From IMG/VR virus record IMGVR_UViG_3300044445_000018, positions 1-64,000 of that record: a stretch of 64,000 nucleotides of DNA. One strand, written 5' to 3'. The notes beneath the pieces were generated by a model that saw nothing but the letters and a program-made list of their open reading frames with translations, did no database searches and was not told the origin of the DNA. A program made the position numbers and the translations under genes. Shown one piece after another: positions 15,374-23,925 of this stretch. The stretch is from a virus. The stretch's first letter is position 1. The number at the start of each line of letters is the position of its first letter.

Positions 15374-16834
15374 TCAGTTCTTGCTCAGGACACCCGGCGT
15401 ATTCGTGTCCTTCCAGCCAGCCATGTTCAGGTACACCTTGAGCAGGTGCGCGTTGGCTCGCTTGCCCACGGGGATGCCCTTGAACTGGGCAGCGTTCGTC
15501 ACGAATACACCCTGCTCCCGTGCGAAAGCCAAGGCGTCTATCGAGGTCTGTCCAGTCGCCTCGATCTTTGCCACGAGGTCTTTGTACATCTGCCCGCCGT
15601 CCGTCTGCTCCAGCCTCTTGCGGAGGTACACTTCCTGATCGTCCACGAGCTTCTTGACCACGTCCAGCGTCGGATTGTTGGCCGCGCTCTCCACGAGGTC
15701 TCGCCATGTCGTACTCTCCCACTGCTTGAACTTGGCCATCTGGCCTTTGTAGTCGGTCGCGAACTCCCGCACGATGGCATACGCCTCGACGTAGTCGTTG
15801 GCGCGGAAGGGGTAGTCCTTGCCGAGGAAGTCGGCCCACGGGTGCTTGGGCACGATCACGGGCACACCGAACAGCAAGGGCTCGTAGGTGGACAGTGAGA
15901 AGTCCTCCACTGTCGAGAGGTTAACCACGACGTGCGCTTTGCCCTTCAGGAGGGCGTGGAACTGATCGCGGTTGTTGTGCTGCACGTCCATGAAGTCGAT
16001 CTCGCCCACGTTGGACGAACCGCTGGAGGCCGAGTTCGTGGAGACGATGAAGTTCATCTGCTTCTTCGTCGTGACGTGCGAAATGGCGTAGTGGTCCCGG
16101 AAGAGTTCAGCCACTTCTTTGAAGTTGCGGGTCCCGGTCATCCGGCCTGCGAAAACGACGTTCAGTCCTTTCCCAGGCATCTTGATGGTATTCGTAGCGA
16201 GCCTGGAGAGCTTCACGGGGACGCACTCGTGTATGGTCTTCTGCAAATCGAGTGCCTTTGACGGCGTCAGCCACTGCTTGGCGATACGCATCACTTCGCG
16301 TTTCGACCAGAGGTTGTTGATGATCACCGCTCCAGCCGATTGGTAGGCTGCCAAGCTGGTCAAGTCCATGTTGCCTGAGGAGGCCCATGAGACCGTGTCT
16401 CGAAAAGAGAACACTGGCATCTCTTCCAGGCCGATAAACAGCCGTTGGGTCCCTTTGGGGTAATTCCCGACTTCCCGCCCGGCCACATTCCGCATGAAGG
16501 GCAGTTGCGAGATACGCGACGTGAGCACGACATCGAAGTCCCATACCGGTGTATCCCCTGGTGCGAGAATGTGGATGAGCGGGTCAGACAGCTTGAACTG
16601 TTCCTCGACACGGTCGGCTTGCAGGTACGGATACGGCACGAGATGCACGCAGTCCGGTCGGCGGTTGAGGAACTTCCATTCCTCTTCGTTGTTCTTCGAC
16701 GCCTCGGGGTACATCAGGTAGAAGAAGACGTCGTCGCTCTTGGCCCGCAAGCCTTCGATGATCTCCCACGCGAGGTAAGAGGTCGAGCACTTGTGCGCCT
16801 TGCCCGTGTAGATCGGGTCGATCAGGATTTTCAC
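15374..16834 (-). CDS. GT-B fold glycosyltransferase
   Basis: EDFSLSTYEPLLFGVPVIV (E-x7-E region). GTG 16834 after GAAAGG. The track N-terminus upstream reads as off-frame. Confidence 0.6.
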   Translation of the reverse strand: MKILIDPIYTGKAHKCSTSYLAWEIIEGLRAKSDDVFFYLMYPEASKNNEEEWKFLNRRPDCVHLVPYPYLQADRVEEQFKLSDPLIHILAPGDTPVWDFDVVLTSRISQLPFMRNVAGREVGNYPKGTQRLFIGLEEMPVFSFRDTVSWASSGNMDLTSLAAYQSAGAVIINNLWSKREVMRIAKQWLTPSKALDLQKTIHECVPVKLSRLATNTIKMPGKGLNVVFAGRMTGTRNFKEVAELFRDHYAISHVTTKKQMNFIVSTNSASSGSSNVGEIDFMDVQHNNRDQFHALLKGKAHVVVNLSTVEDFSLSTYEPLLFGVPVIVPKHPWADFLGKDYPFRANDYVEAYAIVREFATDYKGQMAKFKQWESTTWRDLVESAANNPTLDVVKKLVDDQEVYLRKRLEQTDGGQMYKDLVAKIEATGQTSIDALAFAREQGVFVTNAAQFKGIPVGKRANAHLLKVYLNMAGWKDTNTPGVLSKN

Positions 16835-16991
16835 GCGCTTGCCTTTCGGTAGACGCGCCAACCCCCATCGGTCTTGCGCGCAGTCTTGCGGTAGTCGATC
16901 CCCAGATGCGTGATGGCCTGGGTCAGTGTTCCGGGGTACTCGCGGATCGAAACGTACTGATCCGGCTCTCCGGGTGCTATAAGACAGCACA

Positions 16992-17486
16992 TCACGCGAG
17001 GGAAGAACATTGAGCCTCCTGCGTCAAGAAGCGTTTGCGGATACGAGAGCCGGGCACGTTCTTGCTGTTCTGGGACTTCGTGGCCCAGCGCAGGTTGCGA
17101 CGGCGACAGTCCAGGGTGTTCCCGTTGCGATGATCCCCGATGCGGTAAGGTCTCCGAGGGCCTTTCCACCGCGTGAGGATTTCACAGTGCAGGAACAGGT
17201 TCCCGTAGCGAGGACGTCCCGAAGGCAAGAACCCGTCGATCTGAACAGACCGGCGGGCATAGATGCCATCAGGGCGCTCTAGGGCGTTCATCCAGGGCAG
17301 GTACTTGCCTGACCCGTACGTGTGGCACCAGAGGAAGTCTTTGGCCCACACGTAGTCTTGGTAGTCGAGCAGGACGTTGAGGTCCCACCGGTTCGACAGG
17401 CAGATCGCGAAGGTCGCGTCCGGTGCCGGTTCCGTGTCCCACGTCCTGGGATCGAATGGATCAGCCAGTAGCAAGTCTTCGAACAT
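16992..17486 (-). CDS. HNH homing-type endonuclease
   Basis: GDHRNGNTLDCRRRNLRWATKSQNSKN. Free-standing, between the glycosyltransferase and methyltransferase-like genes. Confidence 0.75.
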   Translation of the reverse strand: MFEDLLLADPFDPRTWDTEPAPDATFAICLSNRWDLNVLLDYQDYVWAKDFLWCHTYGSGKYLPWMNALERPDGIYARRSVQIDGFLPSGRPRYGNLFLHCEILTRWKGPRRPYRIGDHRNGNTLDCRRRNLRWATKSQNSKNVPGSRIRKRFLTQEAQCSSLA

Positions 17487-17498
17487 GAGCCGCCCCGA

Positions 17499-17514
17499 GT
17501 GACGTTAATTGCAC
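17499..17514. promoter_or_regulatory. junction palindrome GTGACGTTAATTGCAC
   Basis: Abuts the TGA stop at 17515-17517. 12 nt upstream of the HNH ATG. Confidence 0.85.
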
Positions 17515-18198
17515 TCAGATCGGCTCGACTTGCAGCGCGAGACGGAAGGCGTACGGTTCGACCCCTTGCACGTCGGAGTAGCAGGGCACAGACAGAACCG
17601 ATGTCACCGCGAGGTTTTGGTCTGCCAGAACCTCACGATAGGCGGCGATAGCGTCTTCCTCGCTGATGATGCCGTGGGAGCCCACGTCGTAGAACGATGC
17701 TCGCGCTGCCATCCATTTCTTGTAGTTGAACTCGGCGTACTCGTCGTAGCCGTGGGACCCGACCTCCTCCTTGTTGTAGGGCCGCTTGTTCACGTACAGA
17801 ACGATCAACGCCTTGGGCTTGAGCATCCCCTTGATGTGCCGCAGCACGTCGAAGTGCTCGATATGAGCGATCCCGAACGCGTCGTTGTGAATGCCCTGGG
17901 GCGTGTCGATCACGACCATGTCGTACTTGTGGGTGCAGCCACCCATGCTGGTGTACGAACAGCCGATGATGATCTCACGCGGATTGAACTTCTCCAGGGC
18001 CGGACGGTGCTCGGCGTTCAATTCCCACAGGTCGAGGTTGTTGATCTCGGTGTAGTAACGGCTGACGGTGAGCGCCCCATCACGGGCGAACATGTCGAGT
18101 GCATCGGGACCGATCTCGTAGAAGCCGAACAAGGCGTCGAAGAACAGCTTCGCACTGAGCTTGTCCGCGCCGGTCACGTCACAGGTACGAATTTTCAC
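17515..18198 (-). CDS. Rossmann-fold methyltransferase-like protein (RsmD/DNA-MTase-like)
   Basis: Motif I-like LDMFARDGALT. Motif IV position reads VVIDTPQG rather than DPPY. Confidence 0.4.
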   Translation of the reverse strand: MKIRTCDVTGADKLSAKLFFDALFGFYEIGPDALDMFARDGALTVSRYYTEINNLDLWELNAEHRPALEKFNPREIIIGCSYTSMGGCTHKYDMVVIDTPQGIHNDAFGIAHIEHFDVLRHIKGMLKPKALIVLYVNKRPYNKEEVGSHGYDEYAEFNYKKWMAARASFYDVGSHGIISEEDAIAAYREVLADQNLAVTSVLSVPCYSDVQGVEPYAFRLALQVEPI

Positions 18199-18213
18199 GG
18201 GGGCTGTCCTCGA

Positions 18214-19260
18214 TTACGAGCGAAGGTGACGAAGGATTTCGTCGGTGGTTTGGCCTGCGTACATGCCCTCGTCAAGAGGCAAGCAAGCAAACATGGACGC
18301 GACAAGCTCCGCGCCGATGTATCTGCGCTCAGTCGTCAGGTTAAGCGCAGAGATCAACTGGTCGGAAGTCTGGTAGACATGCCCCGAGAACTTTTTGATC
18401 CCGAGACAATCTGCTTCGAGGCGATCCACCGGGTACTTGTACCAGTTGCGGTGGTGGGCTCTGGCGAAGCGGTTGATGGGCTGGATGATCTTGCCGAGTT
18501 GGTGAGCCGCTTCCTCCCGCTTCTCCAGAAGCTCGTTGAGGCGCTTCATCTGGAGGTAGCCGACTGCCGCCGTCCATTCATCCATGCGGAAATTGAAGCC
18601 TCCGCTGCGGTGGCGAAGCACGCCCTCCTTGTCCCGGTACTTCCCGTAGTTGCGGAACTCGCGGCAAGCCTGAAGGAAGTCGGGGTCGCGGCTCACGATG
18701 ATGCCCCCCTCACCCGCAGGCACGGCCTTGGTCGGGTAGAGGGAGAACACCGCACCCTTAGACATGCGGCCGGGTCCGAAGATGCTGTTGACCCTGACGC
18801 CGAGGACGTGGGCCGCATCCTCGAACAGGGGAATGCTGCGCGCCATACAATACGCTGCGATCTGCTCGTAGTGTCGAGAGATTTTGCCCCCAACGTGAGT
18901 GAGGATCACGGCCGAGGGCTGCACAGGTTGGACTTCGAGGTCGTTGACGCACATGGACAGGTCGTCCGGTGTACAGTCAATGGGGATGACGCTGTAGCCC
19001 GCTTCGATAGGCATGGCCCCGGTGGCGAAGAACGTGTTGACGGGGACCGCGACAGGTTTCCCCACCGCGACCCCCGACATACGCAACATGGTGTAGAGGC
19101 CGGTGCCTGCCGAGTTGACAGCGCAGGCGGGAATGCCGCCCCACGCCTCGACGGCCTCTTCGAGAAGCCTGACGTACTTGCCTTCTGTCAGGTGCCCCGA
19201 CAGCCTGATCTCGTCCCAGGCTGCATGGAGGTCTTTCGGATCGACACCGACCACGCTCAT
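18214..19260 (-). CDS. DegT/DnrJ/EryC1-type PLP-dependent sugar aminotransferase
   Basis: AVNSAGTGLY and FSLYPTKAVPAGEGGII (Lys region). ATG 19260 overlaps the upstream stop (TAATG). Confidence 0.8.
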   Translation of the reverse strand: MSVVGVDPKDLHAAWDEIRLSGHLTEGKYVRLLEEAVEAWGGIPACAVNSAGTGLYTMLRMSGVAVGKPVAVPVNTFFATGAMPIEAGYSVIPIDCTPDDLSMCVNDLEVQPVQPSAVILTHVGGKISRHYEQIAAYCMARSIPLFEDAAHVLGVRVNSIFGPGRMSKGAVFSLYPTKAVPAGEGGIIVSRDPDFLQACREFRNYGKYRDKEGVLRHRSGGFNFRMDEWTAAVGYLQMKRLNELLEKREEAAHQLGKIIQPINRFARAHHRNWYKYPVDRLEADCLGIKKFSGHVYQTSDQLISALNLTTERRYIGAELVASMFACLPLDEGMYAGQTTDEILRHLRS

Positions 19261-19442
19261 TACGCCACCTTCGTCAGCGAGTAGCCTTCGAGGTAGTCCG
19301 AGTGGGCCACCCCGCGCTCGTCGGTCCACACGACCTCGAACTTGTCGATGCCTTCGGGATCGCCGACGATGGTCATGATCGGGGCGGTCTCGTCGTCATC
19401 GTTGCGGCGAACGTGATCGCCGGGCTTGAACTTGTCGGCCAT
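19260..19442 (-). CDS. small protein (60 aa), YodC/DUF2158-like
   Basis: KFKPGDHVRR...PIMTIVG pattern. Confidence 0.4.
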   Translation of the reverse strand: MADKFKPGDHVRRNDDDETAPIMTIVGDPEGIDKFEVVWTDERGVAHSDYLEGYSLTKVA

Positions 19443-19444
19443 GG

Positions 19445-20395
19445 TCAGATGTCCTTTCCGTAGAAGCGCAAAGCGTTTGCGCGGTGGTCGGGGGAAAGCT
19501 GGTCGATGTACTCGACCGTTTTACGAATACTGTCCTCGAACGGGACGACGGGCAGGATGCCTTCGCCTTCCCAATAGGACATATCCGCAACCAGATTGAC
19601 GCCGGGCTTCTCGCCTTCGCGCATGGGCACGTTGACGATCTTGGACCCTTTGTCCTTGTAGCGGTACTTCTCGTTGACGATACGCAGGATGGTGTGCGCC
19701 GCGTCCTGGCACGAGATGGCCTTGCCCGAGCCCAGGTCCACGACATCGGCACGACGGCCGAGATTGCGACACGCATGGACGGTCAGGGCGGACAGGTCTT
19801 CCACGTCGATGGGGTCGATGGTCTGCGATCCGTCGCCGTAGACTTCGAGGTCGAAGCCGTACATGGCGAACAGGATCATCATGGGCAGGAACTTCCGCAC
19901 CGGGTACAGGTGCTGGTACGGGCCGACCGCGTTGAGCCAGCGGACGGTGGCCACTTCCATGTCGTACTTCTGCTGGTAGAGGCGGCCGACGAGTTCACCC
20001 GCGTGCTTGGTCAGCGTGTACGAGTTCTCGTCGTAGCCGTCGAAGTGAGGCTTGGCGACGTTGTAGACCCGCTTGACCCCGGCGAGACGGCACGCGTCCA
20101 TGACGTTGTTGGCGCCGACCACGTTGGTCTCACAGGCGAGGCTGGAGATCGCGATCAGTTCCGACGTGCCGAGGATGCCCGCCAGATGGTAGACCTCGTC
20201 CACGCCCTTGAGCGGGGCCAGCAGGGAGGACAGGTTGCGGATGTCCGCGTAGTGGAAGCTGGCCTTCGGCGGCATCCGAACCTGGGGCACCGCGACGTCG
20301 ATCAGGACAAGCTCGGTCTCGGGTTCGTACTTAGCGAACCACAGCATCAGGTTCGTACCGATGAAGCCTGACGATCCGGTGATGGCAACGCGCAT
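19445..20395 (-). CDS. NAD-dependent sugar epimerase/dehydratase (SDR)
   Basis: ITGSSGFIGTNL (GxxGxxG) and YTLTK (YxxxK). Confidence 0.8.
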   Translation of the reverse strand: MRVAITGSSGFIGTNLMLWFAKYEPETELVLIDVAVPQVRMPPKASFHYADIRNLSSLLAPLKGVDEVYHLAGILGTSELIAISSLACETNVVGANNVMDACRLAGVKRVYNVAKPHFDGYDENSYTLTKHAGELVGRLYQQKYDMEVATVRWLNAVGPYQHLYPVRKFLPMMILFAMYGFDLEVYGDGSQTIDPIDVEDLSALTVHACRNLGRRADVVDLGSGKAISCQDAAHTILRIVNEKYRYKDKGSKIVNVPMREGEKPGVNLVADMSYWEGEGILPVVPFEDSIRKTVEYIDQLSPDHRANALRFYGKDI

Positions 20396-20399
20396 GGGT

Positions 20400-21041
20400 C
20401 TATGCTTCCTTCAGATATTTGACATGATAGGCTTCGGCATACTCGGCTCCGCACTGACTGCCCCACACGCGAGCTTGTGCAATTAAGTTCACTGGTGAGC
20501 GGGGTCCTTCGGTGCGGCTCTCGGTGGTGTAGCAGGCCATCGCCTCGATCTTCTTGTCCATGACCTCCTGTGTCATGGGCAGGTAGAAAGAGGGTTGCCG
20601 CACAATACCGTCCAGAGCGAAGAACTCAAGGACGCGGTCGATCTTGCCGAGATTGATCGGACGCAGGGCAATACCACAGACGTGGTTCAGATGTCGATGG
20701 TCTTGATTAAGATCATCACCCGCCGGGATGATGACTTCATCCGGCTCGAAGTTCTTCAGAGCCCATTCGATCTTGCGCAGCAGATCGTAATAACCGACTT
20801 TTCCTGGCTCTCCTTCGGTAGAGGGGCGTCCTGCCGAGACCTCTACGAAATCGAGTAGCTTCTTGGCTTTGAGGAAGTCGGGATATTCCTGCTGCCAGCC
20901 ATCCTTCTGGCCGTGGAAGTACGCCCTGGTAAAGACGACGAGGACGAGAACGTCGATGCCTTCACGACGACGGGCCTGAATGAGGCCCGCGCATGAGATC
21001 GTCTCGTCGTCTAGGTGGGGGGCGATGATCAGCGTTCTCAT
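20400..21041 (-). CDS. PIG-L/LmbE family N-acetylglucosaminyl deacetylase
   Basis: IIAPHLDDETISCAG motif. ATG 21041 in ATGA overlap, 9 nt after GGAGGA. Confidence 0.75.
   Translation of the reverse strand: MRTLIIAPHLDDETISCAGLIQARRREGIDVLVLVVFTRAYFHGQKDGWQQEYPDFLKAKKLLDFVEVSAGRPSTEGEPGKVGYYDLLRKIEWALKNFEPDEVIIPAGDDLNQDHRHLNHVCGIALRPINLGKIDRVLEFFALDGIVRQPSFYLPMTQEVMDKKIEAMACYTTESRTEGPRSPVNLIAQARVWGSQCGAEYAEAYHVKYLKEA
20477..20492. promoter_or_regulatory. palindrome GTGCAATTAAGTTCAC (intragenic, near 3' end)
   Basis: Inside the deacetylase CDS (codes VNLIAQ), 82 nt upstream of the epimerase ATG. Confidence 0.8.
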
Positions 21042-21277
21042 GGTTTCCATTCCTCCATCTGTGTCAGCAAGGGTTCAGCCATTTTGAGGTAGTGCTGCTG
21101 TTCGAGCACAGTGGCCTGTACCCAGGCTTTGTTGCGCTCGTGCATGAGAAGAACACCCGCGACGTAGACTAATCGCCGGTTGCGCAGACGCTTTTTCTGA
21201 CCCTCTTTGCGGTTGCGCGGGACGAGAGGGCCGTTGAGGAGTTCGGCTCTGGTCGCGAGCTTCACTTCGCGGCCCAT
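21038..21277 (-). CDS. hypothetical basic protein (79 aa)
   Basis: Co-directional ORF that overlaps both neighbours by a few nt. Confidence 0.4.
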   Translation of the reverse strand: MGREVKLATRAELLNGPLVPRNRKEGQKKRLRNRRLVYVAGVLLMHERNKAWVQATVLEQQHYLKMAEPLLTQMEEWKP

Positions 21278-22386
21278 TTGCGCTTCTCGTTCAGGATGTG
21301 GATGTTGTCGTACACGATCTGGATGGTCTCAGGCGTGCATAGTTCGGGAGGCAGTCCCTTGCCGAGCATGAAGTTGTAGTCCTGAAACCACTTCATGTCT
21401 TCGAGGGTGGAGGACATGATGCGACGACTGACGCAGCCGCCCTCGGCAATGAAGATCAGCGCGCCCATGGGACCCTTGGTCTTGTCCCACGGGATCATGC
21501 TGAACTGCTCGTGCTTCGTGCAGAGGTGCGTGTGGAAGGCTTTGCTGGCCTTGTTGCCCTGCATCGTGTGCATGTCGAACGCATACGACGGGACGGACTT
21601 GATCTCTTCCACGGGCGGGTAGGCGTCGTCTTGTATGCTGTCGGCCTCGCTGCCGTCTGCCTCTTGGAACATCCGCATGGTGGGGAATAGCGCGAGGGAC
21701 ATGCTGTCGGCGGTACGCTCGAAACTGAGCATGGCAGCCCGTTGCCACGCCACGTCGTGCAGGTTGTCACGGATCACGAGCAGGGCTTCGGTCAGCGCCT
21801 CGATCCCGCCCCCGCGCAGTTTCTTCCGCAGCACACAGGCCGCGATGTAGGAGAACATCGGGTTGGTCGAGGCGAGCACTTGCAGAAGCACGCCCGTGTC
21901 CATGCTGGGCATCTGACGCCACATCTCGGGGTAGTCAGACGGGACTGGCCACGGGGGCTTGGGGTTGCCGTCCTTGTCGGTGCCGTCCGCCTGGATGTCA
22001 CAGCCGAGGGACAGTTCACAGCAGGAGCGGGTCTTGTCCGCGACACAGGCACGGGAAATGAGGCCCGCGTACAGCATCTCGGGCTCCATCTTGTCGCGCA
22101 CGGACTTGAGCGTGCATTGCGTGGAGTAGGCCACGAGGTCGGGATCGCCGAAGCCGATGTCTTCGATGATCATCGTGGCGAGACCCTGCCAGCAATACGT
22201 GTCGTCTGCCGTGTAGACGTACTCACCCATACGCAGGGCTGTCTGGATGTCGCCGCGTCGGATGGACTTCTGGAGGGCGGACTTGACCAGCCACTTGTTG
22301 TTGGCGTTGGACAGGGAACGAGGCGAAAACCCCGGTGCCTGGGCACAGAGGTCTTGCATCTCGTCATAGATGGGATCGTCTGCCAT
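21262..22386 (-). CDS. protein with MgsA/RarA C-terminal-like helical domain, no AAA+ module
   Basis: SALQKSIRRGDIQTAL...MIIEDIGFGDPDL resembles KSxRGSD...EDIGxADP of MgsA_C. Confidence 0.45.
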   Translation of the reverse strand: MADDPIYDEMQDLCAQAPGFSPRSLSNANNKWLVKSALQKSIRRGDIQTALRMGEYVYTADDTYCWQGLATMIIEDIGFGDPDLVAYSTQCTLKSVRDKMEPEMLYAGLISRACVADKTRSCCELSLGCDIQADGTDKDGNPKPPWPVPSDYPEMWRQMPSMDTGVLLQVLASTNPMFSYIAACVLRKKLRGGGIEALTEALLVIRDNLHDVAWQRAAMLSFERTADSMSLALFPTMRMFQEADGSEADSIQDDAYPPVEEIKSVPSYAFDMHTMQGNKASKAFHTHLCTKHEQFSMIPWDKTKGPMGALIFIAEGGCVSRRIMSSTLEDMKWFQDYNFMLGKGLPPELCTPETIQIVYDNIHILNEKRKWAAK

Positions 22387-22412
22387 GTCTGAGGGGTGCT
22401 CTGTGATTGAAC

Positions 22413-22781
22413 TTAGAGTGTATCACTATGGTCGGTCTGTGAAAGGTAAAAGTCGCTGTTGATGACCCAATGCTCGACAGTGACGTCTCTCCCCTCAGAC
22501 CGCAGCTTGGCCCCGAGCAGTTCTGCCAGGACCACGGAGCGGTGCTTGCCGCCGATGCAGCCGAAGCCGACTGTCTTGCCGTGACAAGCCGCAAGGTAGC
22601 CGCGCTGCACGAGGTCTTCTGTCTCCACGGCTTCCTTGACGTACGCCTGGACCTTGGGATCGAGGCCGTTCAGGTGGCGCAGCGCCGGATCGCTGTGCGG
22701 GTTGGGGAGGACGCGGCAGTCGATGCGCATGTCCACGATCTTTGGAGCCCCGAGGCGATAGCTGAAACTAACGATCTTCAC
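22413..22781 (-). CDS. stand-alone RapZ (YhbJ) C-terminal domain homologue
   Basis: VSFSYRLGAPKIVDMRIDCRVLPNPHSDPALRHLNGLDPKV and GCIGGKHRSVVLAELL match the RapZ C-terminal domain. No P-loop N-domain. GTGA overlap with the upstream stop. Confidence 0.75.
   Translation of the reverse strand: MKIVSFSYRLGAPKIVDMRIDCRVLPNPHSDPALRHLNGLDPKVQAYVKEAVETEDLVQRGYLAACHGKTVGFGCIGGKHRSVVLAELLGAKLRSEGRDVTVEHWVINSDFYLSQTDHSDTL
22417..22444 (-). promoter_or_regulatory. possible sigma70-like promoter TTTCAC-16-TACACT
   Basis: Overlaps the 3' end of the RapZ-like CDS. About 30 nt upstream of ATG 22386. Confidence 0.4.
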
Positions 22782-22966
22782 GCGGTCTTGTCCTTCTCGA
22801 TGATGCGCTTGAGCGCCGTATGGTTGCGACGGAGGATGGCTTTGGCAGCGTCGTCCCGCAGAAGCAATTGGGTCGGGATGATGAACTGACGGAACTTGCC
22901 TGTCGCTTTGTGGCGCAGCGTCGTGACGTCTCCGTTGCGGGTCAGGATGTAGTTGGCGTTTTGCAT
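22778..22966 (-). CDS. hypothetical small protein (62 aa)
   Basis: Strong SD AAGGAGGG upstream of the ATG. Confidence 0.55.
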   Translation of the reverse strand: MQNANYILTRNGDVTTLRHKATGKFRQFIIPTQLLLRDDAAKAILRRNHTALKRIIEKDKTA

Positions 22967-22991
22967 TGCTGCCCTCCTTGGTTGCCTTTTG

Positions 22992-23019
22992 AGTATAACC
23001 CCTAGGGACGTGGTGTGAA
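22992..23019 (-). promoter_or_regulatory. sigma70-like promoter TTCACA-16-TATACT
   Basis: The -35 overlaps the palindrome at 23015..23030. Confidence 0.5.
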
Positions 23020-23030
23020 GTTAATTTCAC
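23015..23030. promoter_or_regulatory. junction palindrome GTGAAGTTAATTTCAC
   Basis: Contains the TGA stop of 23027..23500. Confidence 0.85.
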
Positions 23031-23500
23031 TCGATGGCGTCGAAGGCGTCGTCCTTCACGTCGTTGAGCTTCACGCCCCAGGAAATCTGAGCAAGCCGAC
23101 ACGCAGCCCCGCGCACCGACAACGGGTAGTCGCCTCCCCGCAGCCGATACAATGACCCCGTTTCGAGGTCTTCCTGAGTGAACAGGTGCTTGTGTGGGTG
23201 TTCGACGTCTTCCCAGTTGTCGAGCATTTCCTTCGCGATCTGGTCGTACAGCGCGTCGGACAGCAGCGACTTGTTGTGGATGTAGTACAGGTAGCTGGCC
23301 ATGCAGAACCACGGCACGATAGCCATGGGTGCGAGCTTGATCGCCGCACGGCACTCACCGTCCAGCACAGGCTCCACACCGATTGGCGGCGCCGGTTTGG
23401 GCGCAGGCGGCATGATCGGCGCCTTCTTGGGTATGACGAGCGGTGCCGCCACGGGTACGGGAGGCGGGGCGGCGGTGCCCTTCTTGATGATCCTGATCAT
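23027..23500 (-). CDS. hypothetical protein: MIRIIKK leader + Pro/Ala linker + helical domain
   Basis: ATGA overlap at 23497-23500. The N-terminus duplicates that of 23497..23847. Confidence 0.5.
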   Translation of the reverse strand: MIRIIKKGTAAPPPVPVAAPLVIPKKAPIMPPAPKPAPPIGVEPVLDGECRAAIKLAPMAIVPWFCMASYLYYIHNKSLLSDALYDQIAKEMLDNWEDVEHPHKHLFTQEDLETGSLYRLRGGDYPLSVRGAACRLAQISWGVKLNDVKDDAFDAIE

Positions 23501-23847
23501 TTCTGGGGGAGGCTCCGGTAATGCTTGCCATTCATGCACTCTTGCGACTGCGCGGCATTGCAGGGCTTGATGTACCACTGCTTGCAGTGATCGCACTCCT
23601 TAGCCTTGGCGCCCGGCGGGGGCACGCCACCCCACCGCTTGATGCGCTCGGCATCAGTCAGATCGGAGTAGTGCGTGGGCTGGTTCCCAGAAATGGGCTT
23701 GGGAGGCGCCTTGGGCTTGATCGGGATGCGGAGGCCCCCGTTGGGGACGACAGCCGCTGGCGGGGCTGCTGTGGGGACTACAGGGGCCACGACAGGTGCC
23801 GCGATGGGCGGGGCTACGCCGGGGGTCTTCTTAATGATCCTGATCAC
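23497..23847 (-). CDS. hypothetical protein: MIRIIKK leader + Pro/Ala linker + Cys-rich C-terminus
   Basis: GTG start after AGGGAG. C-terminal CDHCKQWYIKPC. Confidence 0.5.
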   Translation of the reverse strand: MIRIIKKTPGVAPPIAAPVVAPVVPTAAPPAAVVPNGGLRIPIKPKAPPKPISGNQPTHYSDLTDAERIKRWGGVPPPGAKAKECDHCKQWYIKPCNAAQSQECMNGKHYRSLPQK

Positions 23848-23925
23848 GCCAGAACTCCCTGATTACGAAGATGGCCAGACACGAGGCGGGCGACGTCTCG
23901 CCTCTGCTCAAAGTCGGGAAAGGCT

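Noticed and set aside
23027-23500. The C-terminal domain (ASYLYYIHNKSLLSDALYDQIAKEML) as an NAD-ligase adenylation-domain N-terminal (Ia-like) segment.
   Set aside because: The resemblance is only a short YY..D.P.ISD.EYD-like stretch. No ligase KxDG motif is present.
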